Shown here piece by piece: positions 50,768 to 60,205 of a DNA stretch of 64,000 bases (positions are counted from its first letter, which is position 1; each line of letters starts with the position of its first letter). The notes under the pieces were generated by a model that searched no databases, was not told where the DNA came from, and saw only the letters and a program-made list of their open reading frames with translations. Source of the stretch: an uncultured bacterium (lineage in GTDB: Bacteria; Patescibacteriota; Minisyncoccia; Moranbacterales; UBA2206); contig CAIKZD010000007.1 in assembly GCA_903831805.1 (NCBI GenBank), positions 7,886 to 71,885 of the forward strand. Direction: 5' to 3'. Position numbers and translations under genes: made by a program.

Positions 50768-51238
50768 ATGGAGGATATGAAACTCCTCGTCGAAATTAAC
50801 AATCTTTCCACTTGCCGGATCAGGGAAGATTTTTTTATCAGAACTATCAAGGAAACCTTAAAGCACAGTGGGTATGATTTTTTGCGGGCAAAAAATGTTT
50901 CGCTCAGTTTAGCTTTGGTCAAGCCGGAAGAGATTAAGAAATTGAATAAAAAATATAGGCAGAAGAATAGCGTGACAGATGTCTTGTCTTTTGCAGAATA
51001 CAAAAATCGCTCAGCGCTGGAAAAAGTTGGGGAGAAGGAAGTGTTTCTCGGTGAGCTGGTTTTGTGTTATAATGATATCAAAGAATACGCGCAAATATAT
51101 AAGGAAGATGTCAGGCAGGAATTGGCGCGCGTCGTGTCCCACGGCTTGCTTCATCTTTTAGGTTTTTCTCATGGAGCGCGCATGTTTTCTCTGCAAAAGA
51201 TAGTGGCGGACAAAATTGCCGGGCCAGCCGCAAAGTAA
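50768..51238 (+). CDS. ybeY: rRNA maturation endoribonuclease YbeY
   Basis: Metal-binding motif HGLLHLLGFSH. The ORF track opens at 50741. Confidence 0.75.
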   Translation: MEDMKLLVEINNLSTCRIREDFFIRTIKETLKHSGYDFLRAKNVSLSLALVKPEEIKKLNKKYRQKNSVTDVLSFAEYKNRSALEKVGEKEVFLGELVLCYNDIKEYAQIYKEDVRQELARVVSHGLLHLLGFSHGARMFSLQKIVADKIAGPAAK

Positions 51239-51265
51239 TTTAATTTCCATAAATAACAAAGTAAA

Positions 51266-51628
51266 ATGAATAGGCTTAAGCAATTCACGAAAAGTCTCTC
51301 TTTCGCCGTTCGCGGCCTCAAATACGTCCTGCGCAATGAAAAGAATTTTCAGAACGAACTGGCTGTTGGAATTTTGGTGGTCGCGGCCATGATATATTTT
51401 CATGTGACGCGCGCCGAGATGATTGTACTCTTCATCATCATTATGGCGGTGCTCATCATGGAATTGGTCAATACGATTTTGGAAAGAGTGGTGGATATCC
51501 TAAAACCGCGCGTCCATCCGTATGCCCGGCTCATCAAAGACCTGATGGCGGCTAGCGTCCTTTTGACTTCTATTTTGGCAGTCATCATCGGTGGGCTCAT
51601 ATTTTTTCCTTACGTGATGAAGCATTAG
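51266..51628 (+). CDS. dgkA: Diacylglycerol/undecaprenol kinase (DgkA family)
   Basis: Three TM segments; ...ELVNTILERVVD...LIKDLMAASVL... Confidence 0.7.
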   Translation: MNRLKQFTKSLSFAVRGLKYVLRNEKNFQNELAVGILVVAAMIYFHVTRAEMIVLFIIIMAVLIMELVNTILERVVDILKPRVHPYARLIKDLMAASVLLTSILAVIIGGLIFFPYVMKH

Positions 51629-51720
51629 TGAGGAGCAGAAAAATTTTTGTTTGTGAATGTTGAATTTTTGTAATATAATTTAGAGGGTTTCAAAAAGACT
51701 TAATCATAAAGCATTTAAAA

Positions 51721-52980
51721 ATGTCTAAGAAAGATATCATTTGCGCTATTGACGTCGGATCTTCCAACGTAAGAACAATTATCGCTCAAATCATCGCCGC
51801 GGAAGAAAAACCGCGAATCATCGGCATCGGTGTCTCGCCGTCTTTTGGGGTGCGAAAAGGCATGATTGTTGATATCGAAGAGACGCTGAAATCTATCAGT
51901 AGCTCAGTAGAAAAAGCGGAAATGACGGCTGGAGTGGCGGTCACGCGCGCCCTAGTGAGCATTGGCGGCAATCACATCTCGTCTCAATATTCCAAGGGCG
52001 TGATTGCGGTCGGCCGCGCGGACGGCGAAGTGACGGAAGATGATCTAGATCGAGTGATTGCGGCGGCTCAAGCCATTTCCATTCCGCCTAACAAGGAAAT
52101 TTTGCATATTATCCCACGAAACTATTCTCTGGATGACCAAAAAAATATCAAGGATCCGATGGGCATGAACGGAGTGCGCTTGGAAGTGGATGCGCTTATC
52201 ATCGAAGGCTCCACGCCTTACATCAAAAATCTGTCCAAATGTTTTGCGACTGCCCGGATTGACATTGAGAGTTTTGTGCTGACTTCTTTGGCTGCGGCGC
52301 GCGCCACCCTCAGCAAACGGCAAAAAGAGTTGGGCGTTGTTTTGGTGGACATCGGGGGCGGGACGACTTCCATCGCCGTATTCGAAGAAGACGATCTGCT
52401 TTTAAGTACGGTCATTCCGGTGGGTGGCAACCATATCACTAACGACATCGCCATTGGCCTCAGGACTTCCATCGACGTGGCGGAAAAGATTAAGATGGAA
52501 TTCGGCAATGCCATTCCGCGCGATATTAGCAAAAAAGAAGATATCAATTTGTCCGAACTGGACTCAAGCGAAGAGGGGATAGTTTCGCGCTATCATGTGG
52601 CGGAAATAATCGAAGCTCGCTTGGAAGAAATTTTCACCATGGTGGACAAGGAGCTGAAAGCTATCGGCAAGGATAAATTGTTGCCTGCCGGCGCCGTGCT
52701 GACCGGCGGCACGTCTAAACTGCCGGGCGTAATCGATCTGGCGAAAGAAGTGCTGGCTTTGCCGGCGCAAACTGGCTTTCCAATTCCGCTCGGAGGGTTG
52801 GTGGATAAGGTGGATGAGCCGTCTTTTGCGACCGCCGTGGGGCTTTTGGTCTGGGGCGTGGACGATGCTCAAATGGGGGTAAAAAGCGGCTATAGCGGCA
52901 AATTTAGGGAAATTTTCACCAAAAACCCCGGCGGAAAAGTGGGCAGTGTCAAGCTTTGGCTGGAAAAATTTTTACCTTAA
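51721..52980 (+). CDS. ftsA: Cell division protein FtsA
   Basis: IICAIDVGSSNVRTII... and LVDIGGGTTSIAVF are actin-fold phosphate motifs. Confidence 0.85.
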   Translation: MSKKDIICAIDVGSSNVRTIIAQIIAAEEKPRIIGIGVSPSFGVRKGMIVDIEETLKSISSSVEKAEMTAGVAVTRALVSIGGNHISSQYSKGVIAVGRADGEVTEDDLDRVIAAAQAISIPPNKEILHIIPRNYSLDDQKNIKDPMGMNGVRLEVDALIIEGSTPYIKNLSKCFATARIDIESFVLTSLAAARATLSKRQKELGVVLVDIGGGTTSIAVFEEDDLLLSTVIPVGGNHITNDIAIGLRTSIDVAEKIKMEFGNAIPRDISKKEDINLSELDSSEEGIVSRYHVAEIIEARLEEIFTMVDKELKAIGKDKLLPAGAVLTGGTSKLPGVIDLAKEVLALPAQTGFPIPLGGLVDKVDEPSFATAVGLLVWGVDDAQMGVKSGYSGKFREIFTKNPGGKVGSVKLWLEKFLP

Positions 52981-53233
52981 AATCAAATAAATGGCCATAA
53001 TTTGACACAAACCGGTTTAGTATGGTAGATTTAAGTACTGGGATATTCCTATTTTTTCCATGAAAATTGGACCAATGGTGAATGATTGCAGTACCAAAAA
53101 CTCAAAACCAAAAATAAAAACTCAAACCGTTACGCGATAAATCTTTCTGTTGGCAGGATGGTAGGTTGAGATTTACTTTTGATTTTTGAGTTTATTTTTT
53201 TAAATTAAATTTTTTTTGAATACATAAAAACAT

Positions 53234-54490
53234 ATGGCAGAAATAAAACCCCCGGTAGAAACTTTTGCAAGAATTAAGGTCATCGGTGTCGGCGGATCCG
53301 GCGGACATGCTATTTCCCGCATGATTGAATCGAAATTGAAAGGCGTGGAATTTGTGGCCATTAATACTGATGCGCAAGATTTGCATCATAACAAAGCCGC
53401 CGAGAAAGTGCATATCGGGAAAAACTTGACCAAGGGTCTGGGGGCCGGCATGAATCCGGATGTGGGACGCCAAGCCGCTGAAGAAAATCGTGATGAGATT
53501 CAAGAAATTTTGAAAGGGGCCGATATGGTGTTTGTCACTTGCGGACTAGGTGGCGGCACAGGTACCGGGGCAGCCCCGATTGTGGCGGAAACGGCCAAAG
53601 AATTGGGAGCCTTGACCGTGGCGGTCATCACCAAACCTTTCAGTTTTGAAGGCGCACAGCGTCGGGCTATCGCCGAAGAAGGTTTGGAAAATTTGCGGGA
53701 ACGCGTGGATACGCTCATCACTATTCCCAACGACAAACTGTTGCAAATCATTGATAAAAAAACTACCCTCATCAATTCTTTTAAAATTGTGGATGATGTT
53801 TTGCGCCAAGGGGTGCAAGGCATTTCTGATCTTATTACGAAACCGGGCATAGTCAACGTGGACTTTGCAGACGTGAAAGCTATTATGTCCAATAGTGGTT
53901 CCGCGCTCATGGGCATCGGTGTCGGCTCAGGCGAATCTCGCGCCCTGGACGCAGCTAAGGCGGCCATCAACAGTCCGCTTTTGGAACTGTCCATCGATGG
54001 GGCGAAAGGTGTGCTCTTCAATGTCAGCGGCTCGACTGACCTGACCATGCTCGAAATCAATGAAGCGGCCAATGTCATCACCGAATCCATCGATCCAAAC
54101 GCGAAAGTGATTTTTGGCGCAGTGGTGGATGAAACGATGAAAAAAGGTGAAGTGCAGATCACGGTGGTGGCTACCGGCTTTGATGCGGAAAACATCAAGG
54201 AATCTCCAGTCGAAAAACTCTCCCGCATGGCCAAAGATGACTCGCGCCGAGAAGATTCACGTCGAGAAGACTCGCGCCGCAAAGAAAGAGAAATGGATTC
54301 GGAACTAGATTTGGAATTGGAACCGAAAATGACTTTTCCGGAAAAATTCGGATCCAAAATGATCATCGAAGAAAAAGTGCCGCCGAAAAAACAGAACAAT
54401 TTCATGGCGACGCAAAAGAACAAAGAGCTGGAAGACGAAGACGACGAACTCGAAATCCCGGCGTTTATAAGGAGAAAGATGGGGAAATAG
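53234..54490 (+). CDS. ftsZ: Cell division GTPase FtsZ
   Basis: [14 protein letters not shown] and the tubulin signature [13 protein letters not shown]-terminal [16 protein letters not shown] repeats, then the conserved tail [16 protein letters not shown]. Confidence 0.9.
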   Translation: MAEIKPPVETFARIKVIGVGGSGGHAISRMIESKLKGVEFVAINTDAQDLHHNKAAEKVHIGKNLTKGLGAGMNPDVGRQAAEENRDEIQEILKGADMVFVTCGLGGGTGTGAAPIVAETAKELGALTVAVITKPFSFEGAQRRAIAEEGLENLRERVDTLITIPNDKLLQIIDKKTTLINSFKIVDDVLRQGVQGISDLITKPGIVNVDFADVKAIMSNSGSALMGIGVGSGESRALDAAKAAINSPLLELSIDGAKGVLFNVSGSTDLTMLEINEAANVITESIDPNAKVIFGAVVDETMKKGEVQITVVATGFDAENIKESPVEKLSRMAKDDSRREDSRREDSRRKEREMDSELDLELEPKMTFPEKFGSKMIIEEKVPPKKQNNFMATQKNKELEDEDDELEIPAFIRRKMGK

Positions 54491-54499
54491 TCCCGGATT

Positions 54500-54565
54500 A
54501 TTTTAGGAAAAACTTTGAATTAAATTCATAAATCAGCTCTGCTCAAGCAGGGCTTTTTTGTTGCA
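54500..54565 (+). terminator. Intrinsic terminator after ftsZ
   Basis: CAGCTCTGCTCAAGCAGGGCTTTTTTGTTGC. Confidence 0.6.
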
Positions 54566-54644
54566 AAAATTAGCAATTCAAGCTACCATTTATGTAAACA
54601 TTAACCTTGGTGCGGAGTTTGGTATAAAATATTGTGTAGTTATT

Positions 54645-55430
54645 ATGGGTTTGATGAAGAATAATATGCCTGAAAAACAGATTATAATCGATGATTTGAG
54701 AATACATTATTATCAAAGTGATGATTTTGATGGAAAAAATACTACTGTTTTTTTGCATGGTTGGAATTCGGAATCAACACATTTAAAAAGTATTTTCCAA
54801 GAAGTTGATAATTGTATCGCGCTAGATCTCCCAGGCTTTGGTAAGAGTGATCGGCCGAATGCGGTGTGGGGCGTAGCGGAATATGCTGATTTATTGCGAA
54901 AGTTTCTGGAAAAACTGGCCATAGAAAATCCGATCTTAGTTGGACATTCTTTCGGTGGCAGTACAGCCATGAAATATCTATCTCAAGACGGCGCGGCTAA
55001 AAAATTGATTCTTTTGAGTGCAGCCGGAATAAGAAAAACCGGGGTGAAAATACACATATATAAAATTATAGCTAAAATTGTTGGATTTTTTTTGAAAATT
55101 CCAGTATTGACACACTTTCGTGATAGAATTAGAAAGAAAGCATACAAGATGATGGGTTCCGAAGACTATATAGAAGCGGGCGTATTAAAGGAGAGCTACA
55201 AGAAAATAATCCGTCAAGATTTGAGCGAGGAAATGAAAAAAATCAAAATCGAAACGGTTCTGATTTGGGGAGAAAACGACACGGCTACGCCGCTAGACCA
55301 TGGGAAGCGTATGCAAGAATTGATTAGCAATTCCGAGCTATTTATCATAAAATCAGCCGGACACTTTGCCTTTATCGATCAGCCGGAGGAATTTAAGAAA
55401 ATATTTTTACGCGAAATCAATGTTACTTAG
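54645..55430 (+). CDS. Alpha/beta-fold hydrolase
   Basis: VFLHGWNS; nucleophile elbow GHSFGG. The start is uncertain; the ORF track opens at 54558. Confidence 0.7.
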   Translation: MGLMKNNMPEKQIIIDDLRIHYYQSDDFDGKNTTVFLHGWNSESTHLKSIFQEVDNCIALDLPGFGKSDRPNAVWGVAEYADLLRKFLEKLAIENPILVGHSFGGSTAMKYLSQDGAAKKLILLSAAGIRKTGVKIHIYKIIAKIVGFFLKIPVLTHFRDRIRKKAYKMMGSEDYIEAGVLKESYKKIIRQDLSEEMKKIKIETVLIWGENDTATPLDHGKRMQELISNSELFIIKSAGHFAFIDQPEEFKKIFLREINVT

Positions 55431-56790
55431 AAATCTTATCTATATACTTCAGCTCAATCTCTACGAGACGAAAAAATTCTTGCGTTTTGCCTACACGCAC
55501 CTGACTTGGTGGAAGTTGGAAAAACGCGCGGCACTTGTTTGGACGAATAAAGTTAGACTTATCTATAGTGTAACGGCTTTTTTGCTGGCGGTAGTCGCAA
55601 TTTTTTCTTTTTGGAAATTTTGGCTGGGTAGCTTAGCGATTGTCAGTTTGGAAATCGTCATGTTGCCCTTTTTTGTGAGCTTAGCGAATATCCTGATTGG
55701 TCCACTAGATAAGTATTTAAAAAACAAACTGATTGCCCGGGCGAAAGACATCTTGCGAAAATATGATGATGTAGTGGTTATCGGGATAGCCGGCAGTTAC
55801 GGGAAAACTTCGACACGGGAAATTATGGCAACTATACTGGAAGAAAAATTCCGTACGTTCAAATTGACAGAAAACATAAACACAGACGTCGGCATTGCTG
55901 ATTTTATCGTTAAAAATCCTGGTTTTCTACGGAACAATAAAATCTTCATCGTCGAGATGGGGGCATACCAGATAGGTGACATCAAAAATATTTGCGAATT
56001 GGTCCGTCCGGAGTATGCTATTCTCACCGGTGTTAATGAATCTCACCTGGAGCGTTTTAGCAGTCTGGAAAACATCATTCAGGCTAAATTCGAACTGCCG
56101 CAAGAAACTAGAAATATGTCAGTTCTGAATCTGGACGATGAAAATATCAGGAAAAATTATAGCCGGTTTAATTTGAAAAATATCTCAATGGTTTCCCAGG
56201 ATGAAATAGGAAATATAGAAAGTCAAAAAAATTTTTCTGGTCTCAAATTTGAAATAGCCGGAGTGAATTTCAAGACCAAGCTTTTAGCGAAGCACAACGT
56301 TTCACTTATCCTGCTGGCGGCTAAGATTGCAAAGGAATTAGGGATGACGATGGAGGAAGTGGCTAGTGCGGTGGAAAAAATCGAATATATACCGCATCGG
56401 ATCGAACCAATCTACAATTCACAAACAAATGTCTGGGTGATTGACGACAGTTATAATGGAAATTTTGCTGGAATTATGAGCGGTCTCGAGGTGCTAGCTC
56501 TCTCTACCGGACGTAAACTAGTTCTCACTCCCGGTCTCGTTGAACTGGGCAAAAAAACGAAAGAAGTGCATAATAGGATTGGTCGTTTATATGCAAAAAA
56601 CAAGATAGATTTGGTGATGTTAGTTAAAAGCCCGGCTGCACCGCATATCATTGCGGGTATGGAGGGGGAAGGTTTCAGAAATTATCAAGTTTTCAATTCG
56701 ACGGAAGCGGCGCATGCCGCTTTGCCACAGATAATCCGAAACGGCGACACAATCATTTTTCAAAATGATCTGCCGGATAATTATTTTTAA
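55420..56790 (+). CDS. murF: Mur ligase family (UDP-MurNAc-pentapeptide synthetase MurF-like)
   Basis: P-loop GIAGSYGKTSTRE. The ATG at 55420 overlaps the upstream stop (ATGTTACTTAG). Confidence 0.7.
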   Translation: MLLRNLIYILQLNLYETKKFLRFAYTHLTWWKLEKRAALVWTNKVRLIYSVTAFLLAVVAIFSFWKFWLGSLAIVSLEIVMLPFFVSLANILIGPLDKYLKNKLIARAKDILRKYDDVVVIGIAGSYGKTSTREIMATILEEKFRTFKLTENINTDVGIADFIVKNPGFLRNNKIFIVEMGAYQIGDIKNICELVRPEYAILTGVNESHLERFSSLENIIQAKFELPQETRNMSVLNLDDENIRKNYSRFNLKNISMVSQDEIGNIESQKNFSGLKFEIAGVNFKTKLLAKHNVSLILLAAKIAKELGMTMEEVASAVEKIEYIPHRIEPIYNSQTNVWVIDDSYNGNFAGIMSGLEVLALSTGRKLVLTPGLVELGKKTKEVHNRIGRLYAKNKIDLVMLVKSPAAPHIIAGMEGEGFRNYQVFNSTEAAHAALPQIIRNGDTIIFQNDLPDNYF

Positions 56791-56800
56791 ACATAATAGT

Positions 56801-57967
56801 ATGAATATTGGAATATTTTTTGGCGGAAAGAGTCCAGAACATGATGTGTCTATCATAACGGGGGAACTGGTCATCTCAGAAATGAAAAAGATGGGACTGC
56901 AAGTTACGTCGGTCTATCTTGGAAAAGGCGGCGAGTGGTACATTGATGAACGATTAGGCAAATTAAAATTTTTCCAAGATAAGAATTATAGCGAAAAACT
57001 GAAGGATTTTGAGAACTATTCTCTTGATTTGAAAAATTCCCGCGGTAAATTGGTTTTTGAAAAGGCCGGATTCATGTCGAAAAAAATCACTATTGATCTG
57101 GCCTTCCCTTGCTTTCACGGTTCCAACGGTGAGGATGGAACTATTCAAGGACTTTTTGAAATTATCAATGTGCCTTATATCGGTTGCGACGTAGCTTCGT
57201 CCGCAATTTCTTTTGACAAAATTCTGACTAAGCTTTTATATCAAAGTCTGAACATTCCAGCAACAAAATTCATCCATTTTAGTGGCCGCGATTGGGACAA
57301 CAATAAGAATGGGGTAATCGAGAATATAAAAGCTAATTTGCGCTTTCCACTTTTCGTGAAGCCGCCAAGGCTGGGTTCATCGATCGGTATCACGCGCGCC
57401 AAGGATGACAAAGAATTAGAGTTCGGAATAGAAGTAGCATTGCATTACGGTGAAAAAGTTTTAGTCGAGGAGGGGGTGGATAATCTCGCGGATATTACTT
57501 GTTGTATTATCGGCAACGGCGAGCCGATAGCATCCTTGGTGCAGGAGTCGGTTTTTGAGAGCGATATGTTTGATTTTAATGAAAAATATCTGAAAGACGG
57601 TGGGGCACAAACGGGTAACGCGCAAAATCGCCTGGTCATTCCGGCGCGGTTGGATGAGAAGACGACTGTGGAAGTTCAGGAAATGGCTAAAAAAATTTAC
57701 GTCAATATCGGAGCGAGTGGTATCGCCCGGGTGGATTTTCTTTTCGATAAGAAAACAAGCAAGGTTTATGCCAATGAAATCAACCCTTTGCCGGGCACGC
57801 TCTATCATCATCTCTGGAAGGCGAGCGGCCTAGAATTGGCCGATCTTATCAAAAAACTTTTGGAATATGCCACAGAACGGCATGCAGCTAAAAACAAATT
57901 AACTTACACTTTTAAGACCGATCTTATGGCATTTGCTGGCTCAGTGAAATTGAAGATGGAAAAATAA
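56801..57967 (+). CDS. ddl: D-alanine--D-alanine ligase
   Basis: MNIGIFFGGKSPEHDVSI...; ATP-grasp ...RVDFLFDK...NEINPLPG. Confidence 0.85.
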   Translation: MNIGIFFGGKSPEHDVSIITGELVISEMKKMGLQVTSVYLGKGGEWYIDERLGKLKFFQDKNYSEKLKDFENYSLDLKNSRGKLVFEKAGFMSKKITIDLAFPCFHGSNGEDGTIQGLFEIINVPYIGCDVASSAISFDKILTKLLYQSLNIPATKFIHFSGRDWDNNKNGVIENIKANLRFPLFVKPPRLGSSIGITRAKDDKELEFGIEVALHYGEKVLVEEGVDNLADITCCIIGNGEPIASLVQESVFESDMFDFNEKYLKDGGAQTGNAQNRLVIPARLDEKTTVEVQEMAKKIYVNIGASGIARVDFLFDKKTSKVYANEINPLPGTLYHHLWKASGLELADLIKKLLEYATERHAAKNKLTYTFKTDLMAFAGSVKLKMEK

Positions 57968-58161
57968 AAAGCAGGCTGCCTAATTGGATGGTATGGACTT
58001 TTCTATTTTTTTGGATAAATTAATTGAGTCGGCGGTTAAGCGATATGCGAGGGAAAATAAGTTAAAAAATAATTGATAGTATATTTCAATTAGGAACCCC
58101 CAGCGTTATTTAGGCCTGTTTTTGCTTTGCCTCGTTGCTTTTTTTGTGCTATAATTACATT

Positions 58162-58416
58162 ATGGAACTTAACGATTTCGCTAAAAAAAGGCCATATTTG
58201 TTCTGGTCTACTAATGATTTTGAGAACCTTTCCGAAGAAATAATCGTCGAGACGGTTTTGAATTTGGGCACTTGGGAGGATACGCAAGAACTTATTGAGA
58301 TACTGGGCATGGAAAAAACAGCCTCGATTTTTCGGAAAAAAGCGGAGATAAAAAGAAATAACTTTCGTCCAGGGATAAAAAATTATTTTGAATTATACTT
58401 CAAAAAATATGCATAA
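58162..58416 (+). CDS. Small hypothetical protein, putative antitoxin partner
   Basis: An 84-aa ORF (MELNDFAKKRPYLFWS...) overlaps the downstream nucleotidyltransferase gene by 8 nt. Confidence 0.35.
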   Translation: MELNDFAKKRPYLFWSTNDFENLSEEIIVETVLNLGTWEDTQELIEILGMEKTASIFRKKAEIKRNNFRPGIKNYFELYFKKYA

Positions 58417-59020
58417 GGAAATTTTATCGAAAAAACAGGCCGAGCTTTTGCCGCAACTCAGAGAATTTTCACGCGATTTCGCGCTAGTCGGCGGCACAGC
58501 CATCGCCCTTCATTTGGGGCACCGCCAATCGATTGATTTTGATCTGGCTGTTGTAAATACAAAAATTGATGCGACCGGTATCCGAAAAAAAATTCTGAAA
58601 TTTGAGAAAATTGAAACGGTCCTTATTGATAGCGGGGATGAATATACGTTCATTGCTGGTGGTATAAAGTTTACTTTTATGAATTATCCTTTTTCGCTGG
58701 AGTTTTCTGAAAAAATAGAGGATATCATTGCGCTTCCCGATGTTGTCACTCTTTCAGCCATGAAAGCTTATGCTTTGGGAAGGCGCGCTAAGTGGAAAGA
58801 TTATGTCGATTTATATTTCATTGCGGAAAAGTTAGGTTCGATACTGCCTATAATTGAAAAATCAAAAGAGATTTTCGGAACTGAATTTAGTGAAAAAAAC
58901 TTTCGCTCACAACTGGCTTATTTTGAAGATATCGATTATTCGGAAAAAGTTATTTTTATGGAAGGCTTTGCAGTGGGAGATGCGGAAATAAAAAAGAAGC
59001 TTCTGGTATGGTCTGTTTAG
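58409..59020 (+). CDS. Nucleotidyltransferase of the AbiEii/type IV toxin-like family
   Basis: ...FALVGGTAIALHLGHRQSIDFDL... matches the PF08843-type motif. Confidence 0.5.
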   Translation: MHKEILSKKQAELLPQLREFSRDFALVGGTAIALHLGHRQSIDFDLAVVNTKIDATGIRKKILKFEKIETVLIDSGDEYTFIAGGIKFTFMNYPFSLEFSEKIEDIIALPDVVTLSAMKAYALGRRAKWKDYVDLYFIAEKLGSILPIIEKSKEIFGTEFSEKNFRSQLAYFEDIDYSEKVIFMEGFAVGDAEIKKKLLVWSV

Positions 59021-59044
59021 ATTTATTCAGAATAGCCTTATGGT

Positions 59045-59205
59045 GACCCAAAAGAATAAAGAACTGGAAGACGAAGACGACGAACTCGAAATCCCAGCTT
59101 TCATCCGGAGGAAGATGGGGAAGTAGACAAAAATGACCTCATGAAATTCATTAAAATCTTTAAAAAACTCTGTATAAACAGAGTTTTTTGTTGCAGTAGG
59201 CGACT
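59045..59205 (+). repeat. Diverged duplicate of the ftsZ 3' end plus its terminator
   Basis: GAACTGGAAGACGAAGACGACGAACTCGAAATCCCAGCTTTCATCCGGAGGAAGATGGGGAAGTAG is close to 54425..54490. The hairpin+TTTTTTGTTGC matches 54530..54565. Confidence 0.7.
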
Positions 59206-59257
59206 GTACTTTTTATCCCCGGGGATATATAATTATTGAGTATCAATTTTTTTAATC

Positions 59258-60187
59258 ATGATTTTTATGAGGGACATGCAGAAAAATTTTTCCTTGATGA
59301 TTGCGCCGTCTTATCGTTGTAATGCCAATTGCCAATATTGCTATACCAAGGGCTATATCAGCAAATTTAAAAAAGATATGGATCTTTTGACTTTTATTGG
59401 TTTGGTTGAGGCTCATCAAAAACATGAGAACCTAAACCTGAGCATTATTGGTGGAGAGCCGACTATTTGGAAACATATTAACAATGCCCTGCTCTATTGC
59501 AGATTAAGAAAGGTTAAAGCGACAGTTTTCAGTAATGGACTCGAAAAATTGCGGATTATGCCGAGCCGAATGTATCTGAATTCTTCTCAGTATTTTGAAA
59601 AAAACAGGCGGGAAAAATTCATCGAAAGTTTGGAATTTTATTCAAAAAAGAAAGTTAAAACAGTTTTGCGCTATAATGTTGAAGGAAATTGTTCTGATGA
59701 CAAGTTGGATGAGTTGATTGCGTTGGCGGTAGAATATGAAGCAGGCATTCATTTGGCCTTAGTTGTTCCGTATACAATCGACAAAGCTCTTGGCAAGCGA
59801 ATTTTTGAGATGCTGCAAAAAGTTGTTGCAGCTGGCATAGTCTGTCGTTCAGCTAATCCAATTCCACCTTGCATGTTTGATGCTGTTCAGCTTGAGTGGA
59901 TGAGAAAAAATGTCGGCTATTATTCCGCTTGTGATCTGGGCAGTATCCCACTCATCAATCCGGATGGAAAGACTGTCCAGCCATGCTCCAAAATGTTTTT
60001 GTTTAAAGAAATGAAAAAGGACGGACTTTCAAAAAACGAGATAAAATTAATGTATCAAAAAGAAATGGAGACGATAAAAAACAAACTTCCCATGGAAAAA
60101 TGTTACCAGTGCGAGCATTTCATCAACGAAGAATGTTTTGGCGGTTGTATGGCTTCCCGGGCGAATGAGTTCTATGGATGTGGATAG
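59258..60187 (+). CDS. Radical SAM enzyme with a C-terminal SPASM/twitch-like Cys cluster
   Basis: CNANCQYC (CxxxCxxC) near the N-terminus. C-terminal CSKM...CYQCEHFINEECFGGC. Confidence 0.65.
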   Translation: MIFMRDMQKNFSLMIAPSYRCNANCQYCYTKGYISKFKKDMDLLTFIGLVEAHQKHENLNLSIIGGEPTIWKHINNALLYCRLRKVKATVFSNGLEKLRIMPSRMYLNSSQYFEKNRREKFIESLEFYSKKKVKTVLRYNVEGNCSDDKLDELIALAVEYEAGIHLALVVPYTIDKALGKRIFEMLQKVVAAGIVCRSANPIPPCMFDAVQLEWMRKNVGYYSACDLGSIPLINPDGKTVQPCSKMFLFKEMKKDGLSKNEIKLMYQKEMETIKNKLPMEKCYQCEHFINEECFGGCMASRANEFYGCG

Positions 60188-60205
60188 CTTGTTATTTCAA
60201 AAATC

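Noticed and set aside
52990-53230. Inverted repeat (AAAACTCAAAACC... / ...TTTGATTTTTGAGTTT) between ftsA and ftsZ as a structured ncRNA
   Set aside because: It is low-complexity and A/T-rich, with no conserved motif I can recognise. It is more likely promoter or spacer sequence for ftsZ.
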